From Tubulanus polymorphus (lineage: Eukaryota; Animalia; Nemertea): a stretch of DNA of 64,000 nucleotides. Below are positions 14,501 to 29,500 of this stretch, in pieces (the stretch's first letter is position 1; every line of letters starts with the position of its first letter). Both the position numbers and the translations under genes were made by a program. The notes beneath the pieces are model-generated. The model was not told the DNA's origin. It searched no databases and saw nothing but the letters and a program-made list of their open reading frames with translations. The stretch is from contig NC_134030.1 in assembly GCF_964204645.1 (NCBI RefSeq), positions 13,758,656-13,822,655 of the forward strand, given 5' to 3'.

Positions 14501-17500
14501 TGGTACCATGAATATTCGAGAAAACCAGCCGGGAGAAGTTTCGTTGCAAACTGGTTCGATCGCTCCCTTCTCTGCCAATTCCTTGAGAGCCGGAGAGATT
14601 AAGGCCTCCTGACCTGGTTTTGGCCGCATGTCGGGAGGTGACCTCATCAGGCGCGGTCGCCTTAGGAAACGGAGACGGTAGCCACGAGAGACGACCCGGG
14701 AGGGCCAACCGTCTCCAAAGAGGTCGGACCAGTGGTGCCTGCTGCAGACAACCTCCCACTGGTCCCAAGAATTCATTTCGAGTTTTTCCCAAAGGAAGAG
14801 ACCCTTTTTGGAGCCTTCCCCTTGCCTCGATACGAACCGGAACTGTTACGACCGGACGAGGCTTGACACGATTGTTGAAGTTGCGCGCTAGTTCTCCAAC
14901 CGGCATCCGAAGCCGCCTGAGAAAGCGCTGAAGTTTGAGATGGTCCTGTTTGCGTCCGTGCCGAACCTTGCACCGCCGGCGTCGGACCAGAACGCTTTTT
15001 CCACAGAGTTCGGGGGTTGGACTTGGCCTGAACCTCCCGAATCTTCCTCAGCTCTGCGGAAACCGGAGTGCACCAACAGGAGAAGAGACGTGAAGACGTC
15101 CCCAATGAGCAAAGCATTGAGCAAAGCATTGGACACCATATCCGGTAGACGAGTTTTGGAACTGGAGTCCATCACTGACTGACTGGAGGCTAACACCAGA
15201 TTAGCCTGACCCCGAACCGACAACGGAATTACATGCGAAACAGACCGAGCCAAAGATTGGATAATCCGGTCCATTCCCTCCAGTTTTAGGGCAACTGACT
15301 CTGGGTCGGAGCCCGCATGAACGGCGGCGTGAGTCTCGCGAAGCTCACCTGTCAACACCTTAAGTGCCATATCTTGAAACGAACCAACCCTGGTAAGATT
15401 GTCCAGGATTGACGTCATGGCCACCAAACCGGACTTAGGCAAACGAATACCCGACTGTGCTGTAACAGTATCCGGACTGATCAAAGTATAATCAGCATCC
15501 AGGCAGTTATGACTGTGATCCACAGCACCTGGAGTTGCGTAATACGCCGAGCGAAATGCGCCTATAGGTGGATCGGTTGAACTAAAATATTTCCCAGATT
15601 TCATACCCCGTTCTGGAGGGGGAAATGAAAATGTTCCAGGCCGACATTCACCCCATAATTGCGTATCCAATCGAGCCCATTCTCTCGAAACCGCTGACGA
15701 TTCCCGTAAAACGTTAAGATCGGAGTCCGGAGGGCGATAAGCTTCCATTTACTCACCGACCAGAGGAGCTGCTGTGGGCTTAGCGCGAGTTGCCCCGTGC
15801 TTGACAAAGAACTCACTTATCATCGCTCTAAATGGCATGTCCCCCGCTGGTTCGGATAAAACTGAACGGGACGGAGATACATTGCGAGCCAGGGAAGCCC
15901 CCATTGTCTGGGGCAACCCACAATTGCTCGCGACAGGAACGACCCCAGAAGGAATTGGCGCCTCTGGGACCGGATCCTCATTGAAATCAGACCCTACCTC
16001 AGCATCCAGGAATTCAGAGTCAGAATTCCGAAAAACTGAGTGGGCTGGCGAACTTCTAACCGGACAATCAGGAATGGGCTTACCTGTTGTAGAGGTTGCA
16101 GCGACTTGTTGCGACGAAGATAACAACTTTAAAATTTTCTCCTCAAATACATGGAAATCCTTCTGAGTCAGGTATTTTCCAGTATCCCGACGATCATGCC
16201 GACTTCAGTGACGGTCCCTCGAACGGGATCGCGACCTACTAGAAGAATCGCTTTCATCGCTAACCGACGTCGACGAACGATGAGAAGACCGACTGCGAAA
16301 CTTCCGACAATAACGATCGTAGTCCCTCTCGCGATCAAACCTTGATCTGCGAGAAGGAGATCTTGCTCGTTTATTACGCTCACGGCGTCTAAATCTAGTG
16401 GGAGAGCGAGCTCTATCCCCGGAGCGACGATTAGAATCAGACGATGAACGTACCGGAAGACGTCTGGACCGGACCGGTGCCCGAACCGGACTGATGCCCG
16501 ACCCGGACCGGACCGGTACCGACCGAACCGGTGCGGGCCGTTCACGACTACCGCGGCGCGCGCTCGATTCCGAACATGTAGTCTGAACCGGCCGAACCGG
16601 CCGAACCGGTGAACGACCAGAGACCAGTGAATGACCGGAGACCGGTGCCGGTGAACCAGCGTTCCTCCCCGGTGAACGGAGTTGGGAAGCCGATCGTACC
16701 TGAACGACCGGCGACCGCTCCGCTTTACGATAAGAAACAGGATTAGAAACGTCGGTTGGCACGTCGGCCGAAACCGACGAATCCCTGCTAACTCGACGAC
16801 GATCTCTTAGTTTAAGAGCCTTATCGGCCCGAAGCCAAAGGTCCTCGGACCACACGTCGCAAATCTTGCAAGGATTGCTCCTTGCACATATTTGACCGGA
16901 TTTGCCTGCACGACGCACATGAATCGTGGTTGTCCCAGGCGCCAAACAAATGCCCGCATCCCTCCCCGCCACGATGCTGACCCTTAGGAGGGGGTGGCAT
17001 AATTATCCTGTTACAAATCAAAGCAATTCAATTCAATCAAATTATATTTGTAAATAAAATTCTTACGGAAAAAAAGAAACCAGGGATAACCCCCAAACCG
17101 AACGGACTCACCGTTATGAGAGTGAAAACTCCCTAATATCTTAATTCCCAGATTTTTACGGCGAAAAAATCCATCGCGTTCTACTGCGAGAACGCTAAGA
17201 AAAAAGATGGCGGATTTTGCCGGTGGCTTAATGCAATACCGCAGGGCCGGGTCGTATAGAAAAACCATTGGCGATCAATCCAAATTTAGAAAATATTGGC
17301 AAAAACCATACGAAAGGGTACAGTACTCGACGGAAATACAGCCAATCACATTCGCTCGTAGAGACGACGCCCCCCCCCAATCGAGGTCATTGCAATTTTA
17401 TACGCAAGAGCTAAGTATTTTCCTGCCAAAAACAGTTTCTCGTCGAATTTAAACTAAGTTGACCATGTCATAGACGGTGGTTTGTCATGTCTTCAATCGC

Positions 17501-20500
17501 ATCGATTATACCAATGAAAAAAATGCTCACATAAAAAAATATACCATGAATTGGCTCAATGCCAACGTCATACTGCTGACAAAGGTGAACCAAAAATGAA
17601 AAACAAATTTATATGATAGAAAGAATCACAAATTTATAAAATAAAGTCTGACATAGCAAGAAATTCATTAAAATTATTAGGGGTTTTCTGACTTTCGTCG
17701 AAAACCCTCTTGAAATTCTGTTGATTATTATTATTATATATTTTCCGCCGATTTCGTCAAATAAAATTCATCTTCATTCAGATTCGGCAACTGACAGCTT
17801 CGAAACGAAATGTATAAATTGATACTGTAATAACGGTCTCTCTGAACCAACAGATTGTCTGAATGTACTTTCCATCCTATTTAAAACTTAAAATTACTTA
17901 TTAGGTTACTGTAAATAAAGAATTGAATTGAATTGTTAGACAACAAGTACCAGCGAAATAACAGTTTGTGACGTCATTTAGTAAGTAAATAAAGGAGGGC
18001 TCCGAGAATTTCCAAATCACGGGGGACTATACTGGGGTTAGACCATTCAACCAAAAAGAGGATTGATCCGATAATATCCAAATCATCTCATTTTATTTTT
18101 TCCATCGAATACCCGGTAATTAATTTTTTCTTTCGATCACATGCATCCAGAAAACCCGTTATCGCTGCTTTGCAGGTATATTTGATATTCTTATTTGCAC
18201 AAGAAGATATTAAGATTCAAAATATTTTTAGATCATTGGAAATTAAAAAATAATGCACATATTCTTATATAATTGAAATAAAAAAGCCAACATAGTCCTG
18301 ATATTTAACGCTTTTCTAAATTTATGAATATTAACAAATTAATGCACAGAGTTTGAGTATAATATTAGGTATGATAATCAAAATCAAAAAGTTTTCAACG
18401 AGTTAGTTTGCTGTAATTCATAACATCAAAGCAACAATATGATGAATAGTTTATAAGTTTGATACACTTGTTTCTTTTAAAAATTGAATCAATTTACCCT
18501 TCTGGCATTATTCCTCTGGCATTTTCACACCCCTGGCATTTTTACCTCTGGCATTTTTATTTCTGACATTATTACCTATGGCATTTTTACCTCTGGAATT
18601 ATTACCACACACCATTTTTCTATAGTCATTTAAGACTAAGTAGTTTGAAAACTAACTCTTCAAAACTCTACAAAAACTTTCAACAAATTTCTACAGCCTT
18701 TACAAAAAAATTCAAAGGGATTATGTTTTTTGATTCAAGTTTCACGCTGCAGAAAAGTTTTGATAGATTACATCACAAATCTTTCACAACAATTATTTTT
18801 GAGTTTTAGAATAGGATGGATGAGGAAATATCTTAATTTCGTGACCAAAGCCGCTACCAATACGAGGTGTATTTCAAGCAAAGAATTGAAATTATTCCTG
18901 CCGCTAATCCTGTCTGAGATTCATCAGTTCATAAGTCGAAATATCCTAGGTATTAGGTACCATGATCTTACTTACTATCACTAAATGATAATCCAAAACG
19001 ATGATTTATACATGCTGTCTACTAGAAAATGCCATGGATTGCTATTCAAATCCTATTTTTGCACTTAGTTTGAACGGATGTGGTCCGTTCAACAGCTAAT
19101 TATAATCATTGATATGTAGACTTTCAAAATCAAGAGGCATTTTGTCTGAATTTGAATGCCAAATAGGTATAAAATTAAGTTGAATTGCCCTTGTGGCTTA
19201 TTTCCTATTCATTTCTATAGACATAATCTCCGAGCCGTGCCTTTAGTGATGTAGTTCGATTAATAGACACAGTACCATGCCTTCAGCAGAAGCATTGTTT
19301 ACACTGAAGAGGCGCGCGAACATCTAAATCATCAATTCTGACTAGATTGATTTTTCCAATCATGAAATCACCAAGCCTTATTGTATACTATTATCTATCG
19401 TTTAGTGTAAAAAGTCGTAAATCTTTAAAAAAGTGTCAGTTACCCATTAATTACTTAAGATTAGTTCTCAGCATTGATCAAAACACGGATCTCGGGCGTA
19501 TGTGGTGTTATCACAGCGGAAAATAGTGGATGCACGCTACCTGGTGCACTGATATTATTTCGGTGTTTAAATGATGTTTTTTTTCCAAACAAAATAAACT
19601 CTATTCATCAAAATGCCTCGTTTGTTTTGTGGAATATGTTGTTAAACTTCGACTTTGTCATCAATATTTCTTGCAACTGTGATTGAAGCTCCCGTACTCA
19701 GTAAATTCGAGTGATATAATCGGGGCGGAAATCTCAGCTGGCCAATTAATTTACGCTGGTTTTTACGTAAAGAGTAGCGACTGTCTCAAACTGTAAAGAA
19801 TGATCCTGTCTTATCTGGATTCCAAAAGTTCTATAGTTCACTGGGTAGTTTTGTCCAGAGCACTTCCCAGTCTCTCGGCATAAGCGCTGAATATCTCGCG
19901 CGAGGTGTTAGACTAGAACAGCGTGCGCTCTGTACAATCAATATCTCCATGTACAAACATGTTCTGTGTTAGACAGAGTATGTATTGAGCCGCTGTAGAA
20001 ACGCGCTACAGCGGCTTGAACTAACGAGTAACGTTGATGATTTTATAACCAATTTTGAGCACTTAAAAACATCAGAATATAAACCAAGTAAATATAATAT
20101 AAACCAAGCTGCACCATCTACACCAAGTACAGAATACATGTGCCAATTTACAGAATTATCGGTCCACACAAACAGCGCATCAAAAACGTATCAACGGTCC
20201 TAGATGGCAGTTTCTATCAAAATAATTTTTGATGAACTAGTAAATGTTTGGTTGTAGCACATTTCAAGTTTGCAGCCATCTGAATCTACGGCCCGACCTA
20301 GAGCGACCGTGCTCAATCCCTGAAATTATAACATTTGCTTCTACTAAGTTCGCAATTGCTTTGTAAACAAGCCCACGTAAACCAAGCTCACAACTATCAT
20401 AGAACTTGTCATGTGCTTCAAATTTGCAATTGATTTTGGTTACAAAATATTGAAGTACAATGAAAACATTGAGAATGAATGAAAAGATTCTATTCAACTC

Positions 20501-23500
20501 AGTATTTTCCTGGTGGGTGAACAAAATGGAGGACCAATGGTCCTGTACTCTGGAGGTCCTGTTTTCATAATCTTAATGAAGATGTATTACTATTCCTTTA
20601 ATTAGGCTATGCAGATTTATCATTTCAAAAAATGCCCCAGAACACTACAGCCAGCTAAAACTTCAATCTATATTCTTCATAAAATCATACCAAATGCTAA
20701 GATACAATATCTGCTAAGCTGGAACAACTACTTCAGATCAACAGATCGAACCATTTTTCCAGCGTATTTACTATTCAAACTCATTTATCAGATATTTTGT
20801 TGATTCGATCAGTGTAAAAATGGTGGGCCAAAAACATGGCCTAAAAGGTTTACTATGGTATACCAGAGAAGCAAAATTTCTTACGTAATTCATCTAGATA
20901 TTGTTGAGCCGCTCGAGCTTTTTTCATTTCTTCTCTTTCATCTCTCTGTTGAAAAGATAAAATTTATCATATAAGAAGTTGAAAATATATACATAGACTA
21001 TGTCACCGTTAGTTACAGTTGAAAACAGTTGCCAGAGGCATATAAACATTCAATATTTTGAGAGTTTTTTTCAACGTCTCCCCTTCAATTGATTCATTGT
21101 GGAACTTCAGGAATTGACCGACATATGCGTATATCCGAGTTAAGCGTATTATTCGACTTATAAGTACTCTATACTAACTTGATAAACAACCCATAGGCAA
21201 CAACGGTCCTCGAGCTCAGGCTCAAACTCCAAAATATCCACATGCATTATGCCTTATATTTGATATTCAGATATGATGTATGGTGCTCATTGGTGAAAAA
21301 TCAATTTTTAGCTATGCCCTGATGTTAACAAAAGACAGACACCCCGAATTTTGGTCGCATAGAGTCGCATAGGTTTTTGGAAAACTGCCAATCCTGGATT
21401 TGCATCCAGGAATTATTACAAACCTCGATTGTTGATTTGCCATGAACTGTAGTTTGTAGGTTTCCACTGCGATCAGTCAGAGGTGCTCCATACCCGGGTC
21501 TGCCAAATGGGAAATATCCATGACCTCCATTGCGACTTTTTTCAGTTACAATTTTCTCTGTTAAAGATGAGAAAAAGATGAGTTCAGCACCATACAGACC
21601 AAGTGGAAAATATATATCTCAAAGTTTGATTTACATAATTTTGATAAGCGAATATCAGAATATGGAATAAGACACTATTCATGGTATTCTAACAAAACAG
21701 CACTGTACCCTTTATCATTCATGTAGAACCAACATTTTTGGGTTACATAAATACATGTAAGTATAATTTGCCAGTAAACTGGGGATTCCAGGTTAGATCT
21801 GAAAAGCCTTAAAAATTCTTTAATGTAAGCTGACATGGCTGCCCAATAACTGAGATGGATGCAAGTGAAGCAGTAATCAGTAGTTGAAATGATATTGAGC
21901 TTTCAGTAAAAGTGATCAAGTATGTAAAATTGATGTGTTATACAGCTGTGACTAATAGAAAACCACTTATTTCTACATTTTTAGACACTTGTTTGCACCG
22001 AGTTTTATGCTATGTGGGATTGATTCTGGAGTCAAAATTATTTAACTTTCAAATGTTGAGATTTCCCATAACAACTGTAGAACCGGCGATGAGTCTAATA
22101 TTTTTCAAAATCCAATATTTGATGAATGAACTTGTGAAGAGAAAAAGATTATTGTTGACTCTATATGAACCCACAACTGTAGAACAGGGTCCTGTGTCTA
22201 GTTCCACATTTATTTAAATTTTGAGTGTTAAGATGTAATCAACAAATGTGGAGCAGCACAAATCACCAGTGAACTGAGGTAAGCTTCTGACTAATTGGTA
22301 CTAAACGTCTAAAGCTAGATTCATGCTTATATAGTTCAAATGAAATAAGCAAAACACACCTTTCTTACCATAGTTAGCCCTAGATCATGAATTAATAAAG
22401 TAAAACAACCTAAAAAGAGCCATTATTAGTAAAAAAGAAAAGCATGAACTTAATCCTGAAACATACTAAATTTACCATTGCAAGTAACCCTTCAAAAACA
22501 GATTTCTGATAACATTATTTGAAAATCACCCCTACTGTTCCATCCACGGAGTAACTTACGTCCAAATCTATCTGCTTCAATTGTTGTTGGTAGTTTGACT
22601 TTGATAGAACCGCTTTCAGTTTTAACAGGAGCACCACCTCCTGAGCCTTTTCCGATGTCGAGGGAAAGTCCATTAATGGATGAATCAGTGAATTCAGGAA
22701 TTCCATGCTGTAGACTCTTAGTGAATGTGTGACGATGGATGTTACCCTCAGTGTCACGCTGAGGCTGACATGCCCCTTCACCCCATTTAAAACCATCTTT
22801 TACATCCTGAAATCCGAATCTAAATTTGCATTTCTATTTCTATGGGATCCTCATTGTGAAGTCCTCAAAAAGTGAAGTCAATAAAAAATCAAGTTCATCA
22901 AAAACGACCATATCGGCATCAAAAGATCCGCAATTTTTTGTTAACTGATAAAAGGAATTGTTTTGGTTGTTTTTCAAACCAGTAATTGCCTAATTCGAAT
23001 ACAATAGAATTCCCTTATTAAAAGAAAAATTAAGGTCCCAGCTGGTTTAGGCAGAGTCTACTGTACAGTGTGTTGTATAGTCTTAATGAAATCACGCAGA
23101 GAGAAGACTGCAGTAGGTGCTGTGAATTAAAGCTGTGGCTAATGATTTTTGAAACCCACATATTCTTTTGTCTGAGTTGGCCATGTCCGAGTAAAACGAA
23201 GATTACCGTATTTGAAATTTTTTTACAACAATCGTTTCAAGAAACATCGAAGCCATTGCTGTAATGTTTTCCACACTTTCAATTAGACAATATTAAATCA
23301 ATATCAGACAATATGTCAAATCAAAATTTAAAGATTTGAAATTTTACTCACGATGTTTTTCAATCCTTTAGGTGAACCTGTAATCATTATTAGAATATTA
23401 TAATATCAATCATACTTCATGTGTCCACCTGCATAGTCGTCACTAATGCAGATTTATATCAATGCAGCCTAGACCAAGTCCCTCAGACATTTAGTAACAT

Positions 23501-26500
23501 CGCTTCAATCTTCTATGATCCAGCATGACCTTTGGATTAAAACCCAAGTCAAAACATGAGGTCTATGCACCTTGAGACTGTTGAGAAAAATCACAATTTT
23601 GGATAATGAACAGGAGCCCCCAGGGTCAGCTTAAGTTATAAAGTATAATTTATTTACTTCATGAACTCTAAACATAAAAAATATTCACATCTCACATTTG
23701 TGGATAAATGTGGATACATTTAGAATTCAAATCTTTTCGTAATTTCTAAAAGATGTGATAATCACATTCGAAAAGTTAAATTGCTCAGTAGTTTAGAAAT
23801 CTGTGCATGCTCATAACCTATTAATGACATCACCAAGATAACATCGCAAAACATAAATGATAGCACTTTCTCATTATTTCATCTTCGATTGGTGAAGTTT
23901 TGAATATTACTACTAGCACAATGAAAGTGCACGGTACAAGAGATGAGTATTGATACAGAGCATTTTGTGAGCAACTTATTTCTGGATAGGTTTCCAGGGA
24001 GAATTCATCATAATAGTACTTTGAACTAACTTTCTGTTTCCAAATCCAGGCCTATCATACTAGTTGCTAGAAATGCAAGATCGACTTTCTATATTTCTTT
24101 ATTGATGTTGGCTATCATTTCCATTGGAAAATACGTCTTTTGACAAAAGGTCTTTCAATTTTGAATGAAATGCACAAGAAATTGACTGCAGATAAGTGAT
24201 CATCAACTAGTAAAACCAGCCTAAGATATTAGACATTTTACTGCTAAACTTCCAATCAACAGGTCAAAGATTAATGTTTGATAGGGAGGGGTCTGACTAT
24301 TTCGTATCACACTCACAACCGCCTTTTTTATCACATCGTTTCGGGTAGTTCAATCCCTATTAACAATTTCAATCCCTGTTAACATGATTTGTGGTTTGTT
24401 TCATAGTTCAAGCAATCATAAATTTGATTGAAAAATTGTTAGACTGTGGGAATATACATTGTCTGAAATATCTTAGAACATTGTCTATTGGTTGTGTATC
24501 GGTGTGGAGTCTTGTACTGGAGTACAAAACTACACAACGGAATTGGTATTTACTATCATGTGTCATACAAACAATTTTCAGACATGAATCAAATTTACAT
24601 ATGTTCTAATGCATATGTTATACAAATGCGGTTATACAAATGGAGATGATGGGGTATATTTTTTGAAGATGAATAATATGCTTTATCAATTTTCTGAGGA
24701 TTGAAGAACGGTGTCACAATGATCCTCTTAGTGATAATTTGTTGATTATGGGGTAAAACCATGGGAAATACATGCAAAAGCATTGTGTTGGCATAAAGTG
24801 AGAACATTGTATATTCACTGAACGGAAGAATAGCCAGAATGAAAAAAGGTGGTTGTGAGTGATACCTGATAGGAAGTAGATCTAGGCTGCAGTGTCTTAA
24901 ATCTTAATATTGGCCTTAGGCTGCTAGATTGTCTACAAAATAAGCTTAGACTGAGCCCTGTGACAGTTGAAAATTTTTGCTGGAAAATTTTTAATAGCAT
25001 TGAGAAACACCATCACGGACAGTGAGGCATTTGCAGAGACTGTCCCTTACAATCAGGGACAGTTGGTACCTCATAGATATGGCCTATGTGATATGAAAAT
25101 ATCTCATAAGCAATACTACATCAGCTGTAGTAGATCAAGTTACAAATTCTATTCAGGTGTAGTTACTTGTTCTATCGAGTTGATGGATTGAAAATTTTAA
25201 AAAGTACAGTCAACCTCTGTTAATCCGTATCACTAGGGACTGAGCTTTTTAGCACGGATTAAGCGATATACGGATAACAGATAATTTGTAATTGATACGA
25301 ATTAACTATTACTCGTATAAACTATGATTTAAGTGCATAATCCGTCTAATAGCTGGATAAGTTATCTCTCAAACCACAGACGACTACTACAGTAGAACCA
25401 CGTTCTAACGATCTGTCTGGGGGAATAAAAAGTTCAAAGTATCCGATGGTTCATTAGATTCATTTGACATTATTTATACATGAAAAGAAAACACCCCCTG
25501 GTGTGATGAAAGACAACCCAACTGGTTTCAGAAGAGTAGGACTATTTGAAGCCTTCTTGTGTCTAGTACAGATAACCCACAGGCCACACTCGAGGGTGAT
25601 TCATCAATGGACTTTTAATAGCAGATAATAGCATCTGTACTGAATAGTGAAGCTTGAGACTACGACATTGATGGATTAACTTCAGTGTTTTCTGGAGTTT
25701 CTCATATTTCTGCCCACCTCATTAGATTACAGATGTTTATACTTTTTTCACTTCAAGTGTATGTTCCCGACAGCTGACAGCTGATACGGATTACACATAA
25801 GGATTTACATATAAATTGGACAACGGGACCATGCATTTGTCTAAGGAATAAGTGAAAATATGGATTATGGAGTATGAAATAGACACAGAATTTTAAAGGG
25901 AATAACGTTACTGAAAAATGGGACCAATTTATTTATACGGAATAAGCACTTATACCGATTAACTGGAGACGGATTAAGCGAGGTTGACTGTACTTAAGAT
26001 CATAACAAAATCTATTGCAATTTCACAAGTAAATATTTCAACATCTTAAGTATAAAATGAAGCAAAAACTCACAAAAACATCAACCCGAATTAAGTTGGC
26101 AGTAATGGGGTCGTTTATAAGGTATGTACTTGTACAAAACTACAAGAGAGAGCATCTTCTCCTGAGTAGATAATGTTAGAGAGGAGAGTGATATATGTAA
26201 TTTTTGTGGTACAAAATGCTTCTAGCACAGAAGGTATTGGCTTAAAATTTTTCACCAGTTTCCTCCTATGTAGAAAGGTTCAAATTGGCAAATTTCGAAA
26301 TGTGACTTACAATAAATGAATACCTACTTTTGGCTTAAGAATACCTAAATTTTGGGTGAAAGTACAATGTACATACTCTATCAATGGCCTCTTACTGAGA
26401 ATGGAAAGAGGGTCACCTTCATGAAATCTAACTAAATCTCGTGGATCTTTAGACAATAAAGTTTTACATCTCAAATACAAACGTTTTCCTAAATACAGAA

Positions 26501-29500
26501 TAAATTTGCAAACAGTTAATAAAAACCATTCACCAAGTTCCAGTTGTGAGTAGTACTCTGAATTAAAACTAGTACCTTAACTTAATGATAGTAAAACTCA
26601 AAGATGTGGAACTGGCTTACCATATAAATCCAAAGATTTTAGCCACTCGAGTGAATATATTATAAGTTGGAATAAATGCAATACATTTATCCATCCAAGC
26701 GTTAATTGAGAACACATATCAGCAATAAGGAATATTTAGTAGAGGTTGTAAATTGTTAATGAGTATTTAAATATGATACATCATTTTGACAACAATGCAA
26801 TTGCAAAATGGAACTACATACAACAGAAAAACTTGCATGTTTCGACACAGGGAACTGAACTTCAACAGTAACATGCAGTTTACTGTAGTGATTAGTAAGT
26901 ACTGAGTTGAAAGCAGTATTGTAAGTCGAGACAAGTGATTGACTTAATTGGAACTGAATACCAGTAGTATGTGAATACTGACTAACACTGATTTCGATTT
27001 TGCAAAATGGCGTTAGAGTTACACATTTTTGCAAGTGACTTTTGAATTTGATTAAAGAAATGAAGTATGTACTGTTATATGCACGTTGAACATATATGTA
27101 CGTACATGTAACTTCTACATAGAACATGCACACTGAAGTTATCTGCGAGAGGGCAGCCATGTGACTAGTTAAAAATTTAATTTCCCAAAACCTTTGCGAA
27201 CATTAACGATAAACCCTACCAATCACCAATTTCAGTGCACCAGCTACCACAATGCCATCCAGTGGTGTATAACCTCACCATTTCTGTACGTAAATCCTTG
27301 TTCCATTTCTAGATAATTAGGTCTAGTTTTATGTTGACAGTTTTCATTACCTGATTGTGACCTATTTGGAGCACCAGCACCAGGTTTACCATATGGATCA
27401 TGACGTAACTACATTTAAATAGGACAAAAATAATATTCAAAATATAGCTGGAAATCTGGGATAATAGGTTTTCTGCACATTTGCAGCAGACATGTTTGAA
27501 CCTAGAGGTCAAGGAGGACACATCCATGTGTGAAGTGGTTTAAAATGCTCAACAATCTAACAATTGCCAACATACACAGAAACCAGTTAAAACTCTCCCT
27601 AATCATAGAACATGTCATGAGCGACTATTTTGCAATTGATTCGGATAACAATGTGTGCCTAGGTACCAATATGATGTTGAAATACTAGATCATTCTACTA
27701 TTCAATGCCATGACCACATACAAAAGTCACTGACCATCAAACTCACCATAAAGCATCTCATGAGCTACAACTATGCGATTAAAAGCGATTAGAAATATGC
27801 ATTGGTACCAATGTAAATAGAACAAGAAACAAAACTCTCAACATGGACTTTCCAAAATCTATGTGATGGTGTATGTTAAATCCAGTATCAAAATTAATAG
27901 TCAGTATACATATTCTAGATTTTAAGCATTTATTAAGCATAAAGATTTCATTATAGGCCTAATCATTATTTTAAAGATTGAGAATATGCGCGCTTGCATA
28001 CGTGCCAACATTAGGTTAACCACTTTCAGTATTTTCGGTTAAAATTTCCGTTTTTTTTTCTAATATTTTGAACTCATTTTCAGTAACATTTTCTTTAGCA
28101 ACATTTTCAGTATTTTAATATCACAATCAGTATTTTCTAATTTTTACCATAAGAATCGTCAGTACTCAGTTCATAAGATCAGTAGCATTTATTTCGTAGG
28201 AGTAGAATGGTCTGGACAGCTAGCAATAAAGCAAATTGGCTTCCTTTCTCGAAAAGGAATAAACATGTAGAAATAGCTGGCTGTATTCATCTTCATGACT
28301 CTAAACACGCAATTCTTTAGTGGTACTGGCATGTCTGAATCCCATCCTTGCTCTTTCTCGACATAGTAATCTTAACTTCACAAAGAATGTCTACTTTCAC
28401 AATCTTAACTAGAAAGAATCTTTCTATGTGGTCAGGTTAGAAACAATTCCGATCGAAGACACTCAGTGACAGTTGTGAACTACAAAATGTATACCACCAG
28501 GCCACTGCCACGTGAGAATGCAATTTGTACACCGATACGATGTCACAGTCTACATTCCCTCATAGTTGGCGCGCCAATTCACAGCTACTCTGTTGCGTAA
28601 TCTTCTCATCAACATACCTTGACATTATATTGTCGTGCAAGTATGACGTAGGGTCACCGAGACGATACCCGCACAGAGGCAGGGTCCTAGCAAACAATTC
28701 GCATCAATGCATATGTTAGACTTCAACTACATAATGTTGGTCAACCAGTACCGTGTTTTTTAATGCAAATTAGTATTGTCTAAAATTCATCTGCATATCG
28801 ATACAAACATCAACATGACCTTGGGTGTATGCATAATTAATTTTAGTTCGAATATTTTCAAAAGAATCTTTTTCTATCAATAGATTATCCTTTATCTCAA
28901 GATTAACGGCTTCGTTGATTTTGGTGAGCTACACGTGTTACTAAATCGAGGGCGCTATCATCACAGCTCCGCAGTAAATATTACAAACTACACCGCGCAT
29001 CAACATGGAATTTTCAGCTCAGTACAAGATGCTTATTAATCTTTCTCATCATTCTCTGAATTTTAGTTTGAGTAAATCAGATGACAAGAATTAATTTCAT
29101 TAAGTTGTTAACTTTTAAAGCGAGGATCGGAAAACTGTATTAGTCACGTGATACATGATGAACCGGTTTTCGGAACACAAATCTTAGATGCTTACGCGCA
29201 TAAGTGCTGGTTTTATGTCATTCCCCAGGCCTCATATCATAACCAAATATAGGTTGTTCATTTAAATTACATCAAAAAATGTTTTTTAGGCCTACGATAT
29301 AGGCCTACAATACAACAAGTAGGGGCACACCTCAACAAGTAAGAATTCTTTTTTTAGAAAGGCCGATCACCACAGCCATATCGGTGCGCAAAAGTCAAGG
29401 GATATCCCGATATGACATCAGGCGGGAAAATGATAATTATTTTACAGAATTCCTTCAATTTCTTCTTTCAGAAATAAATTCATTCTTTCTTTTAGCAAAC

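Larger units (their letters stand above)
12445..17338 (-). mobile_element. DIRS1-type tyrosine-recombinase retrotransposon, copy 1 (3'-truncated, defective)
   Basis: 5' ITR at ~17200-17338; gag broken by a frameshift and stops; RT-RNaseH (13478..14776); MT-like domain; YR truncated after KHRVEPG; no ICR or 3' ITR. Confidence 0.93.

Noticed and set aside
12510-16586. Plus-strand ORFs inside DIRS copy 1 and their equivalents in copy 2
   Set aside because: Antisense shadows of GC-richer coding sequence with no recognisable motifs.
22515-22796. Listed ORFs 22515..22796, 27309..27527 and 33822..34178 as proteins
   Set aside because: They overlap real exons in the wrong frame or are mostly intronic.
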